From: the human T2T-CHM13v2.0 reference genome, Homo sapiens
NCBI RefSeq assembly: GCF_009914755.1
Contig: NC_060939.1
Strand: one strand, 5' to 3'
Length of the DNA: 64,000 nt
The translations under genes were made by a program, and so were the position numbers. Below, in pieces: positions 16,097-35,739 of the stretch (position 1 is its first letter; each line of letters starts with the position of its first letter). Below the pieces are notes generated by a model. The model did no database searches, was not told where the DNA came from, and worked only from the letters and a program-made list of their open reading frames with translations.

Positions 16097-16206
16097 GTGA
16101 CACAGAATGATATGATAATGGCTGAAAGGCTCTTTGGAATCCTAGCACATGTAGCATCTTCTGAGTTACCCCAGTATCGTCTGATTTCCATTCTGGGTGA
16201 TGCCAG
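16097..16206 (+). CDS. LRRC49: LRRC49 internal coding exon (C), 110 nt, phase 0 to phase 2
   Basis: Acceptor tctcttcAG|GTG and donor CAG|GTAACC. Translates VTQNDMIMAERLFGILAHVASSELPQYRLISILGDA(R). Not in the ORF track because it is short. Confidence 0.92.
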
Positions 16207-16339
16207 GTAACCTTTAATTTTTGTAGTTTTTTATAGAATTACTGTTACACTAGAAAAAGAAATAAATTCCACATACCTCCTAACTATGCTAATTATGTGT
16301 TCCATAAACATGTATCCTAGACTGGCCTATTGAAAGTGT

Positions 16340-16960
16340 TGGGGATCTTAAGATAAATAAGATGAAGTCCTTATTCTCGTATGGCTTATAGTCTAATAAG
16401 TTAAAGATATACACATACAATTAAAACGTAATGTTTCAGGTGCTATAAGGGAGGGCTGTAGGAGGGACTAACCATATTTTGGAATAACACTGGGGAAGGC
16501 TTCACAAAGGAGAAAACATTTTATCTAGTTCTTTGGGAATGAGTAGGAGTTTTCAGGTAGAGGATATGGGGAAAAGATATCTGCAAAAGCACAAGTAATT
16601 GTAAATAGCTCAGTATAATTGGAACATGGGATGATTATGAATAAATGATAGGAAATGAAGCTAGAAAGACTGATTGTGGTCTGACTTTGAAGAGCTTTCC
16701 AATCCATGCCAAGCAAAAATGAAAACTTGTGTTTTGTAATGAAGCACAAGCAATCATATAATTGGATTTACATTGTAGAAAGGCTGCCATTTGAGCAGGC
16801 AGAGCTTGAAGTAATGAAGACCAATCAAATGGTTACTCTGTAGGCCAGGAGAGATTATGAGGGCCTGAGCCAGGGCAGCAAGATGGAGAAGAGGAAACCT
16901 GACAGAACACACTAACTGACGAGGTGGAGCATGGATGAAGAAATAGTCAAGGATGGTTGA
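16340..16960 (-). mobile_element. L2 fragment, antisense
   Basis: gtccttattctcgtatggcttatagtcta...ggggaaggcttcacaaagg...aggagagattatgagggcctgagccagggcag. Confidence 0.6.
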
Positions 16961-16964
16961 CCAG

Positions 16965-17420
16965 TCATGATTCAGTTACAGATCATACAAGTCACTCTGG
17001 TTAGAGTAAGCAAGGAATTAGATATCTACAAAATATTTGAAAGCGTTGAGGAAGCAGTTTCTAGACTGAGCCTCCAGAGATATCTCCCAGAATTATACCA
17101 TAGAACAAGCCCACAAAGGAAACTGCCTCCTTGCTATGGTCATGGAGCACTTTGCTACAGTCAAGGACAACAGGAGACTGTTGTCCCAGCTGTGAGCACC
17201 AGGATCATACCGCTTTAGCTGCGCTGAGGATCAGGAAGTTCCCTACTCTGCTCCCCAGAATCTGGCTCCAGAACCATGTTACCCTACTATAATTTACACT
17301 AACAAAGTGAGTCTTTTGCATGCTACTCCTACTTCCCCACTTAGCCCAGTTCTGAATTCAAATCTTACCCAAGTGTATCGGATTGATGGAATATAAATCC
17401 CATCTAAAACCCACAAAACC
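16965..17420. mobile_element. Old MaLR/ERVL LTR fragment (MLT1-like)
   Basis: LTR-like composition and terminal motifs; family uncertain. Confidence 0.35.
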
Positions 17421-18571
17421 ATTCTGAAAAAAAAGGAGGCATTGAATTCAAGAAACAATGATGTAGAAAGAAATCGGTAAAAATTATAGTTGTCTGAATA
17501 AGTATTAATGTATAATGTTAAAAAGATTAAATAACCTACAAGGAAAAATCCAAGAAAATCCTAAGAGAATGTAAGTTAAAGTTTACTTTCTTTCCCTGTT
17601 TAGGTGAGATAATAGGTACTAATTAACAATAAAAATTGATGGAAAAATACACGTTTGTGTGTATTAAAATGTTAAGGGTTTTCATAGAAAAAGATTAGAT
17701 GGATAATTTCTAAACTACTAAAAGGAAAAAAGTGATCAACGAAAAGCAGGAAGGAAAAAAAAGCATTTGGGTTATCACCATAAATATTAATAAAGTCTTC
17801 TATTAATAGATGCTCTCAGATTGAATTAAAAACATGTTTTTCAGAGATACCCCTAAAAAACCCCTAAAGGCTTAAAAGAAAGGGATGGGAAATATATAAT
17901 GAACTAAATGCCAACAACAAACAGATACAGGAATATTAGTGGTTAATAATGATAGACTTGATGACACTAAAAACTACAATCCACCAGAAAATAGTTATGA
18001 AACAGTGTAACTAAGACTACAGCTTTTAAACATATCAACAAATACAGGCATATATTGACAAATTTTTCAGTTATTATAATAGTCATTAATATGCTTCTTT
18101 CATAAATCAGATCAAATCAACTAACATAAGAAAGACTATAGAGGATTTGCATAACATAGTTAACACATTTTATCAAATAAATATACTTAAAATCTTGTGT
18201 TGACAACCTTATTCCCAATTCAGAAAAAAACATATATTTTATTCAAACATCTATGGAATGTTTGTAAAAGTTGAACATCTATTAAACTGAAAGTAAATCT
18301 TCAAGTATCTCAAAAAGCATACTCATACAGATCACATTTTCTAATCATAATATTATAAAATTAGAAAATAATGGGTCAGGATAGCCAAAAACTTATCTAG
18401 TTGGAATTGGGATGGGTAGTGGGGTAGACAGTGGACACAAGCTTCCAGAAAACAAAATACAAATGCCTTTAAACTTTAAGAAGAGGATGTTTGGTCAAAG
18501 TTATAGACAACCAAATTTTAAAATAATGAGATAACTTTGTGGGAAAAGACTAGAAGTTTGATGATATGCAG

Positions 18572-18945
18572 CGGCAGTCCTCAACCTTTTTGGCACCAGG
18601 GACTGGTTTCGTGACAGACAATTTTGCCATGGACGGTTGGGGCTAGGGGATGGTTTTGGAATGAAACTGTTCCACCACAGGCATTAGATTCTCATAAGGA
18701 GTGGGCAACCAAGATCCCTGGCATGTGCAGTTCACAATAGGGTTTGCGTTCCTATGAGAATCTAACGCCACTGCTGATCTGACAGGAGGCGGAGCTCAGC
18801 GGTAATGCTTGCCCGCAGTTCACCACCTGCTATGTGGCCCGGTTCCTAACAGCCATGGACAGGCCTGAATAGCACAGTTATTTCACCATGCTATATATCG
18901 GGGTCTCCAAGCCCCAGGCTGTGGACTAGGGCTCGGGAACCCCTG
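18572..18945 (+). mobile_element. MER1B (hAT-Charlie) with an internal fold-back insertion
   Basis: cggcagtcctcaacctttttggcaccagggac...gggaacccctg; 8-bp TSD ATATGCAG (18564-18571) and ATATACAG (18946-18953). Confidence 0.85.
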
Positions 18946-19959
18946 ATATACAGCATAGCAAAATAGAGTTCTTACATACTTTTGGTGGTAATGAAAGTTA
19001 CTGTAATACTTGTTCATAGTAACTTAGCAATATCTAATAAATTGTAAATGCACATACCTTTACACTTAGCAATTTCACTTAAAGGAATTTGTTCTACAGA
19101 TAATTTTCTTTACATGAGCACAAATATCTATGTGCAAGGATTTTCCTTGCAGCCAGTGTTTATATTAGCAAAAATATGAAAACTCACTAAATGTCCATCA
19201 ATAGAGCGAGACGAATTACTTGCAGCTCTAAAAATAATTGGATGTTCTTATATGAAACGGTTAAGGTGTTTCAGAAAATAAAAATATAAGGTACAGAACA
19301 ATTGTATAGTATGCTGCAATTTGTGAGAAATGGGGCATATGTGTCAAAGATACTCTTGTGCAATTTAAAAATATTTGATTTTTTCAATATGCTTGCCTCT
19401 AAGTGTTGAACTGGAGGGAGACACTAGGATTCCAAAGTACATAGATACTTTTTACTCTATGTTTCTATGAACCTCTTGAATTATCTTCTTGCTTTTTGTT
19501 CTATCTTGTTTTTTTATTTTTTATCCTTTTTAAAAAAGCATTTAAAAATACTTTAATGCTTCTGAATTAAAGAGGAAATAAAGCTAAAATAATAAATCAT
19601 ATATAAATGAATTTGATAATAAGAATACTATATGTCAAAACCTCTGGGATGTGACCAAAGCTGTGCTGACAGGAAATTATACATCTTTAATGTACTTATT
19701 AGAAAACAAGAAAGATTAGAAAGTAATGAATGAAGCTTTTACTTCAGGAACCTAGAGAAATACCAAAGTAAGGCAAAATTTTAAAAAATGGAAAAAAGAA
19801 GTTCATAAAGATAATAGCAGCTTCTAAAGAAATAAGAATTTGAAAGAGAATAGTTGACCAATAAAAGCAAACACTGACGCTCCAGAAAATCCAAGAATTC
19901 AACTATTACACTTTTGGAATTAATTGGAATATATAACAATGAGGCCAGATACTAGATTA

Positions 19960-20430
<471 letters not shown>

Positions 20431-21854
20431 TTAGGAACAAAAAGGAAGCTTAAAAATGAATATTTACAATGTTAACAAATTCCAAGACTTAATATTGTAA
20501 AGATGCCAATTTATCCTAATTAAATTACAAATTTACTTAATTCCCAATCACAAATCCCAATATGATTTCTCAGGACCCTAAAACAAGATACATTTTATAT
20601 CTTAGAAAGGCATTTATCATCTCATGTTAATGAAAATGTTCTACTATACTTTCTCATACTTCCTGAAGGTTTGTAACATGTAGCTCACAAACATTTTTAC
20701 AGTTTTATATGATGAAATACATCATAAAGTGAAAATACATAAGCAGACAGGAGAATATATTTGCAGCATATTTAACAGAATTTTTAAGAAATCCTACAAA
20801 TTTAGTAAGAAAAAAGACAGTTGAGATAATAGAAAAAAAAAGGCAAAGCATATAAAGAGAAAACTCACAAGAAGAAATATGAATAGCCAGAAAATGTAAG
20901 CCCAACTCACTTCTCATCAGAGAAATACAACTTAAATTAAAATAATGCGATGTCATTTTTGCCAATGAGATTGACTTAAAAATTTAAAAACCAATAATAT
21001 CAATGACTTATTAGTATTCAGGACAATGTACACTGTACATGTTGGTAGAAGTGTAACATGACTTTTGGTGGAAGGTAGTTTCACAATGTCTATCAAAATT
21101 TAAAGCATACATATATTTGAACCCAGTAGTTTTAGTACTAGGAATATATTCTAATGAAATACACATATGCACAAGTTATTTATGTAGTAAGCTGCCATGC
21201 TTTATTGTTTGTAGTTACTTAACTTTGGAAAGTAACCAAATGCCAAATAATTGGTAAAACTAAGTATATCATAGTACTTCCACATTTATAGATGTAGAAT
21301 CTATATGATACTGTTTATATTACAGTAGATAATATGACTGTAAAAGGAGGAGGAGGAGGGGGAGAAAGATTGAGGTAAATCTCCTGTTCTAACATGAAAT
21401 GATCCAGAGACAGTTCATTGAATGAAATATGGCATAAAACTATTTATATTATGACCCAATGTTATTTAAAAACAACATAATAAATATGTAGACATTAAAA
21501 ATATGGAAACACAGAAAGGGAACTGACAGGATGAACACCTGGGAGGATATAGATATGAGGAGTAAGGTAGAGTAGTTGAAGAGTGCTTTTCAGGTTTTAT
21601 TCTATGTCTGTACGGTTTGAAAAGAGTAGTTTTTGAGTTTTAATCTGTATAAGATTAGGAATATATTGAACTTCTATTTCTGACAATGATGAGTTTGGTT
21701 GTTTTTACCATTTCTTGAGTTAAAAACAATACAAAATGCTAGACAAAATAAAAACCTTCATTAAAGTTTTGGGGAGCTGGTAAGGTATAACATAATTACT
21801 AGGCCAGGATCTATGGGAAAATGAGAACATTGAGAATTAAGGTAGACACAAAGC

Positions 21855-22738
21855 TCTTAGAACCGAACTTACTTTTCCTGCTCTTACACACCATTCAACA
21901 CAGATATGTGAGGGGGTTTTCCCTACACACTAGCCAGGCAATTCAGCAGCAGACACCAGCTGGGTGCCCTCTAATTCAATTTAATTCTGACACTGCCTAC
22001 CTGGAGATAGTGTCAGATCCTACAGGTTGAAAGATCATTCCCACAAGACGGCTCCTCCCCACCAAACCCAGCCTCCCTACATCACATGCCAGTTGCAAGC
22101 ACTAGTTGTGACCTGTGCTTCTGACTGACCAGCTAAGAATTGAGATTCTGACAACCCCCTTCTTGGGGGGTTCTATTAATTTGCTTAGAGTGGCTCACAG
22201 AACACAAGGAAACACTTTAATTACATTTACCCGTTTATTATAAAAGATATTACAAAGGATACAGATGAACAGCCAGATAGAAAAAATGCAAAGGGCAAGG
22301 TATGTGGGAAGGGGCACAGAGCTTCCATGCCCTCTCCAGGCATACCACCCTTCAGGAACCTCCACATGTTCATCTATCCAGAAGTTCTCTGAATCTTGTC
22401 CTTTTGGGTTTTTGTGGAGACATCATTATGTAGGCATGATAAATGAAATCATTGGCTATTGGTAATCAAGTCAGTTTTCAGCTCCTCTCCCCTCCCCAGA
22501 GGTTGGGGATGGGGCTGGAGGTCCCACCCCTCTAATTATGCCTTGGTCTTTCCAGTGACCAGCCCCCATCCTGAAGCTATCTGGCTCACACACCCCAGTT
22601 ACCAGCCATCTCATTAGCATAAAAAACATTCTCGTTACTCTTGCAATTCCAAGGGTTTTAGGAACTTTTTGCCAGGAAATGGGAATGGAGAGAATACAGG
22701 GATGGACAAAGACCAAATGTATATTTTATCATATCACA
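21855..22738 (-). mobile_element. MER21-family solo LTR
   Basis: The reverse complement begins TGTGATATGATAAAATATACATTTGGTCTTTG...cctaaaacccttggaat, typical of the MER21 5' end; left boundary approximate. Confidence 0.75.
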
Positions 22739-24237
22739 GAGACTGTTTGATCCAGAGGCATTTCAAGGAAACATAAATTTTTGTTCTGCTAGTCTAGAAC
22801 AGTAGAAATGATGGAAATCAAAGCCCAGGGCTCCATCTAAAATGGTAAATGTGAATTGACGTCTTCCTAAGGGTTAAAATGAAACCCCAGTGGCTATACC
22901 ATCAGGTCAGAAATAAACCTACCTCTTCTCCCCACTCAGGAATTTCCAAGGAAGGTTGCCTTGATATGAGCAGAAAAGAGGAAAGTTGTCCCTAAGCAAA
23001 TGTAAACAAAAAGCAGTCCTCATATAGATGTGCAGCCTGAATTCATAACACATAACTAGTTTAAAATAATATAAAGATTTAAATATCACTGTCTCTAAAT
23101 ATCTGGAAAAAGCAAATATACCTCCTCTCTGGAAGAAGTTACTTTCATCTTGTCTCAAAGAATCCTCATGGCTAATTTTTAAGGGCAATTACCAGCATAC
23201 AATGAAAAAATAAATAACCAGTCACACAAGAAAATAAGACATCATGTAAAAGAACTGGAAGGAAAAAATAGATTACAGAAACAGACCCATGAATACTTTA
23301 AATATTGGTATTATCATGCATAGACTATAAAACGACTGTGCCTGCTATATCTCATGATATACAAGATAAGCATGAAAATATCTGAAGAGAATAAGAAATT
23401 GCAAAAAGTGATCCAGAAGACCAGAAAGGAAACCAAAAGAAATTATATAAATGAAATATGTAATACACAAAGTTAAAATTTAATGAGGAGGCTTAACAGC
23501 TGACTAGACACAGTTGAAAAGAGATCCATAAACTGAGAAACAGACTAGAAGAGATTTTCTGGAATGTAGTACAAAAAGAAAAGAAGATAGAGTATATGAG
23601 AAAGTGGCTAAGAAATTTGGAGGATAAAGTGAGTTGGGAGGTTTAACATCTGACTGAAGTTTCTAAAAGACACAATGGAGAGCATAGGGTAGAGGCAGTA
23701 TTAAAACAGATAATGGCAAAAATTGTTCAGAACTGATGAAATACACAAACTACATATTAAATAAGCCCAGCTAATCGCAAAAAGGATAAATGAAATCTAC
23801 ACCTAGTCACATCACAGTGAAACTACAGAACTCTAAATATAAGGTGAAAAAATTTAAAAACAACCAGGAAAAGAGAAGTTACCTTCAAAAGAGTTGGGAT
23901 CAACAAATTGATTTCATAACAGCAGCGGTGGAAGCCAGAAGATAGGATAATGAATGATATGTTCAATGTACTGAAGGAAATTACCAACCTAGAATTCTAT
24001 GCACAGCAAATATGTCTTTTAAGAATGAAGGTGAAATAAAGACATTTGAAACAAAATAATAAAAACAAAATCTAAGAGAATTCCCATTAGTATTCTTACA
24101 CTAAAAGAAATTATAAAGCTTATAATTAAGGCAGGACAGTGACCCCAGTTAGAAGGTCTGAGATGCAAGAAAAGCTAAAGAACAAGGAAAGTACTAACTA
24201 TGTTGGATAAGGCTAAATGAACATTGACCATATAAAT

Positions 24238-24460
24238 TAGGAGTATCCAATCTTTTGGTTTCCTTGGGCCACATTGGAAGAAGAATTGCCTTGGGCTACA
24301 CGTAAAATACACTAACACTAATGATAGCTGATGAGCTAGAAAAAAATCACAAAAAAAAAATCTCATGTTTTAAGAAAGTTTACAAATTTATGTTGGGCCA
24401 CGTTCAAAGCCATCCTGGATCCCATGTAGTGGCCCGTCAGCCACAGGTTGGACAAGTTTG
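24238..24460 (+). mobile_element. MER30 (hAT-Charlie MITE)
   Basis: Matches the recalled MER30 consensus; 8-bp TSD ATATAAAT (24230-24237) and ATATAGAT (24461-24468). Confidence 0.88.
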
Positions 24461-24794
24461 ATATAGATCAACAGTAACAACATTTTGTGGGGTTTAAAAA
24501 TATAAAATTAAAATACACTGCAACAGAAGCATATGTAGTCGGAAGGAGTAAATGGAGATATTGTATTCTAGGACCTCGTATTATCTGGGATGGAGATAAA
24601 TATAGTGACTAACTTTAGATATTAGTGGGTTAATGTTGTTCATGTTGTAATTTCTATGGTAACCAAATAATAAGCAAATATATAGCTTCCAAATTAGTAA
24701 GGTAAGGCAAAGAGAAAACGAAAAATAGAACATGTGGATTAAACAGAAAGAAATGAAAATGGTAGATTTAAACATAAATAGTGGTATATCAGCA

Positions 24795-25335
24795 TGTATG
24801 TTCCTGTCACTTTGCCAGTACTGTGTGACAAACACCCCAAATCTTAGTGGCTTAAAACAGGAAGCATATATTTTTTTCTTTGAGACTATAGGTCAGCTAG
24901 GTGGATCTTATGCCTTCAGCTGGGGTCCTCATGTGTCAGTAGTCACCTGTGGATTGGATAGGCGGCTCTGCTGATCAAACCTTGGCTCTCTCACTTGTTT
25001 GAGGGTTGGCTGGCTGTAACCTGGTCTAGGAAGGCCTTAGCTGGGACAACCTGTCTCTGCTCCACATGGTCTCTCATACTCCAGAAATCTGCCTGGGCTT
25101 GTTCTCATGGCAGAGGCAGGGTTCAAAGAAAAAGCAGAAACATGCAAGGCCTCTTGAGTCCTATGCTAAGAACTGACATACCATCATTTCACCCACAAAC
25201 TTTTGGTCAAATCAGATAACAGAGCAACACTTAAGGGGCCTGAGAGTAGGCCTTACGTAATTGTAAAATCACATTTTAAAGGACGTGGATGCAAGGAAGC
25301 CATAATACAACCATCAATGTAATGAATCCACCTCA
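24795..25335 (-). mobile_element. MLT1 (MaLR) solo LTR
   Basis: acaaacaccccaaatcttagtggcttaaaaca...cctgggcttgttctcatggcagaggcagggttc, MLT1F-like motifs. Confidence 0.7.
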
Positions 25336-25699
<364 letters not shown>

Positions 25700-26705
25700 T
25701 CAGACTGAATAAAAAAATGAAGTTCAACTATATGTTGTTTACAAGAGATACATCTGACATATGTTTACATAAATATTGAAAGTAAAAAAGTGAGAAAAGA
25801 TAAACAACATAAATACTTACCGAAATAAAAATGGAGTAGCTATTGAGGACTCAATAGACTTGAAAGTTGAAAGTAATACTAGAAATAAAAAGGATCATTT
25901 CAAAATGATAATAGGTTCAGTTCACTAGAAAAATATAGGACATTTAAATTTGTATGCACTTATTAGCATAACCTTAAAAATGTATAACCCCAAAATTGAC
26001 AGAACTACAAATCCACAATTACAATTAGTGGAAAGTTTTAACACATCTCTGAGTAATTAATAGAAAAAGGATATAAAATGCTTGAATAATGTGATAAATT
26101 TGACCTAATTACCACTTAGAGAACATTGCCCCCAGCAACTGCACATTCTTGTCAAGCATACATGGAACATTTATAAAAATTGACCAAATACTGTTCATAA
26201 AGCAAATGTCAAGAGATTGCAAAGAATTGAAATCACATGGAGCATGTTTTCTATTCAAAATGTGGTCAATCTTTAACCTGATTACAAAATGATAACCAGG
26301 AAATTCCCATATATTTGAATTAAGAAACACATTTCTAAATAACCCACAGGTTAAAGATAATTTCATAATAGAAATCTGAAACTACCTTGAACTGAAATAT
26401 AATAAAAATACCCATTTCAAAACTTGTGGGATCAAGTTAAAGTGGTGCTAAATGGAAACAGCCTTGCAATGGGTATAGTGGGAAAGAATAAAAGCTGAAA
26501 GTGAATGCGCTAAAACACTTATCTCACCAAGATAGCAAAAGAGCAGCAAAATAATCCAGAAGAAAGTTAAAGAAAAGAAATGATGTTCAAAGAGTATTAA
26601 TGTAAAGCTGATTATGTGAAAAGACTAATAAAAGTGATAACAAATGTGTACAGACATTGCTTCTGTAATTTTAAAAAAATCAGTAAAGATAATAAATGGA
26701 AATAG

Positions 26706-29330
26706 GGGCCAAGATGGCCAACTAGTAGTAGCTGTGGTTGGAGACTCCCACTGAGAAGAACAAAAATGGTGAGTGAATCCTGCACCAGCAACTGAGGTAT
26801 CCAGGCCCTCTTATTGAGACTGACTTGGGCAGTTGGCACAACCCATGGAGAGAGAGGAAAAACAGGGTGGTGCGATGGCCCACCTGAGAGCCACACAGGG
26901 CAAGGGGAGCTCCCACCCCCAGCCAAGGGAGGCATTGAGTGATTGTGCTACCCTGCCTGGGAAACCACAATTTTTCCATGGATCTGTGCAACCCACAGAT
27001 CAGGAGATCCCCCTTATGAGCCCATGCCACCAGGGCCTTGGATCTCAAGCACAGAGCTGTGCAGATTCTCAGTGACCACTCGGCTGGAGACTGCCTAAGA
27101 CTACTGAGTTCCTCGGGGGAGAGGCAGTCACCATCACTGAGGCTGCCTGCTGCCTAAGACAACTGAACTCCTTGAGGGAGGGACAGAGGCCATCACTGCA
27201 GCTGCCTGCTGCCTAAGACGACTGAGCTTCCCAGGGGAGGGGCAGATGCCATCACTGCATCTGACTGCTGCCTAAGACCACTGAGCTCCCAGAGAGAGGA
27301 ATGGCAGCCATCACTGCAGTAACCCATCCCTGCTTACTAGGTAGGGCCTCCCTGCAGGAATTTCAGCAACTCCAGCCAGGGGTTTAGGGACAGACCTCTG
27401 ATCTCCCTGGGACTGAGCCCCTGAGGGGCAGCCACAGTCTCCACAGATCAGCCGATTTAGTCTTTCTCCTGCTGGCTCTGAGGTATCTGGGTAGTCCAGA
27501 CAAGTGGGATTCCTCCCAGTGCAGTGCACCCCTTCCACTAAGGGACAGCCAGAGTGCTTCATTAAGCGGGTGCTGGATCCCATGCCTCCTGACTGGGTGA
27601 GACTCCCCTCAACAAGGGTTGCCAGACACCTTATACTGGAGCATTCCCACTGGCATCAGATTGGTGCCCTTCTAGGACAGAGACCCCGGAGGAAGGAGCA
27701 GGCAGTCATCTTTACTGTTTTGCAGCCTCCACTGATGACACCTCCAAGTGCAGGAGGGACCCAGTTGAATAGTGTCTGGAGTGGACCCCCCACAAACCAC
27801 AGTAGCCCTACAGAAGAGGGGCTGACTGTTGAAGGAAAGCAACAACAACAACAACAGCATAAACAAAAAAGTCCCCATAAGAACCCCATCCAAAGGTCAG
27901 CAGCCTCAAAGATCGAAGATAAATTAACTCACGAAGATGAGAAAGAATCAATGAAAAAAAAAAACATTGAAAACTCAAAAAGCTAGAATGCCTCTCCTCC
28001 TCCAAATGATCACAACACCTCTCCAGCAAGGACACAGAACTGGGTGAAGGCTGATTTGGATGAATTGACAAAATAGTGCAAAGAAGCCAAGAACCATGCT
28101 AAAAGATTACAGGAGCTGTTAACCAGAATAACCAGTTTAGAGAGGAACATAGCGACCTGATGGAACTGAAAAACACAAGAACTTCACAATGCAACCACAA
28201 GTATCAATAACTGAATATACCAAGCAGAGTAAAGAATTTCAGAGCTTGAAGACTGTCTTGCTGAAATAAGAAGGCAGACAAGATTAGAGGAAAAAGAATG
28301 AAAAGGAATGAACAAAATCTCTGAGAACTATGGGATTATGTAAAAAGACAAAACCTACAGCTGACTGGGGAACCTGAAAGAGACAGGGAGAATGGAACCA
28401 AGCTGGAAAACATACTTCAAGATATCATCCAGGAGAACTTCCCGTACCTAACAAGACAGGCTAACATTCATATTCAGGAAATCCAGAGAACCCCAGTAAG
28501 ATACTCCATGAGAAGATCAACCCCAAGACACACAATTATCAGATTCTCCAAGATTGAAATGAAGGAAAAAATGTTAAGGGCAGCCAGAGAGAAAAGCCAG
28601 TCACCTACAAAGGGAAGCCTATCAGGCTAACAGTGGACCTCTCAGCAGAAAGCCTACAAGCCAGAAGAGATTGGAGGAAAAGCCATTACCAGCCACTGCA
28701 AAAACACACTGAAGTACAAAGACCAATGACACTATGAAGCAACTACATCAACAAGTCTGCAAAATAACCAGCTAGCATCATGATGACAGGATCAAATTCA
28801 CACAAAACAATATTAACCTTAAATGGGCTAAATGCCCCAATTAAAAGACACAGAATGGCAAGCTGGATAAAAAGTCAAGACCCATCGGTGTGCTGTATTC
28901 AAGAGACCCATCTCATGTGCAAAGACACACAAAATAAAATAAAATGAAATAATAAAATAAAACAAAGGGATGGAGGAAAATTTACCAAGCAAATAGAAAG
29001 AAAAAAAAAAAACAGGGGTTGCAATCCTAGTTTCTGACAAAACGGACTTTAAACCAACACAGATCAAAAAAGACAGAGAAGGGCATTACATAATAGTAAA
29101 TGGATCAAGGAGAGCTAACTATCCTAAGTATATATGCACCCAATACAGGAGCACCCAGATTCATGAAACAACTTCTTAGAGACCTACAAAGAGACTTAGA
29201 CTCCCACACAATAATAGTGAGAGACTTTAACACCCCACTGTCAACATTAGATCATTGAGACAGAAAATTAACAAGGATTTTCAGAACTTGAACTCAGCTC
29301 TGGATCAAGTGGACCTTATAGATATCTACA
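26706..29330 (+). mobile_element. Host L1 (L1PA10-13 type): 5' UTR, degraded ORF1, ORF2 endonuclease start
   Basis: Begins GGGGCCAAGATGGCC (YY1 motif). ORF1 and ORF2 EN remnants with deletions; breaks off at ...gatatctacag. Confidence 0.88.
27091..27319 (+). repeat. 59-bp tandem repeat, about 3.9 copies, in the L1 5' UTR
   Basis: Units begin CTGCCTAAGAC at 27091, 27150, 27209 and 27268. Confidence 0.9.
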
Positions 29331-35730
<6,400 letters not shown>

Positions 35731-35739
35731 CTTCTATTC

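Noticed and set aside
27091-27319. CRISPR-like repeat/spacer array
   Set aside because: The apparent spacers are homologous to each other, the array sits in an L1 5' UTR in primate DNA, and there are no cas genes; it is a tandem repeat.
27504-27986. 160-aa ORF with a polyQ run
   Set aside because: It is L1 5' UTR read-through over a (CAA)n microsatellite and starts at a non-ATG codon.
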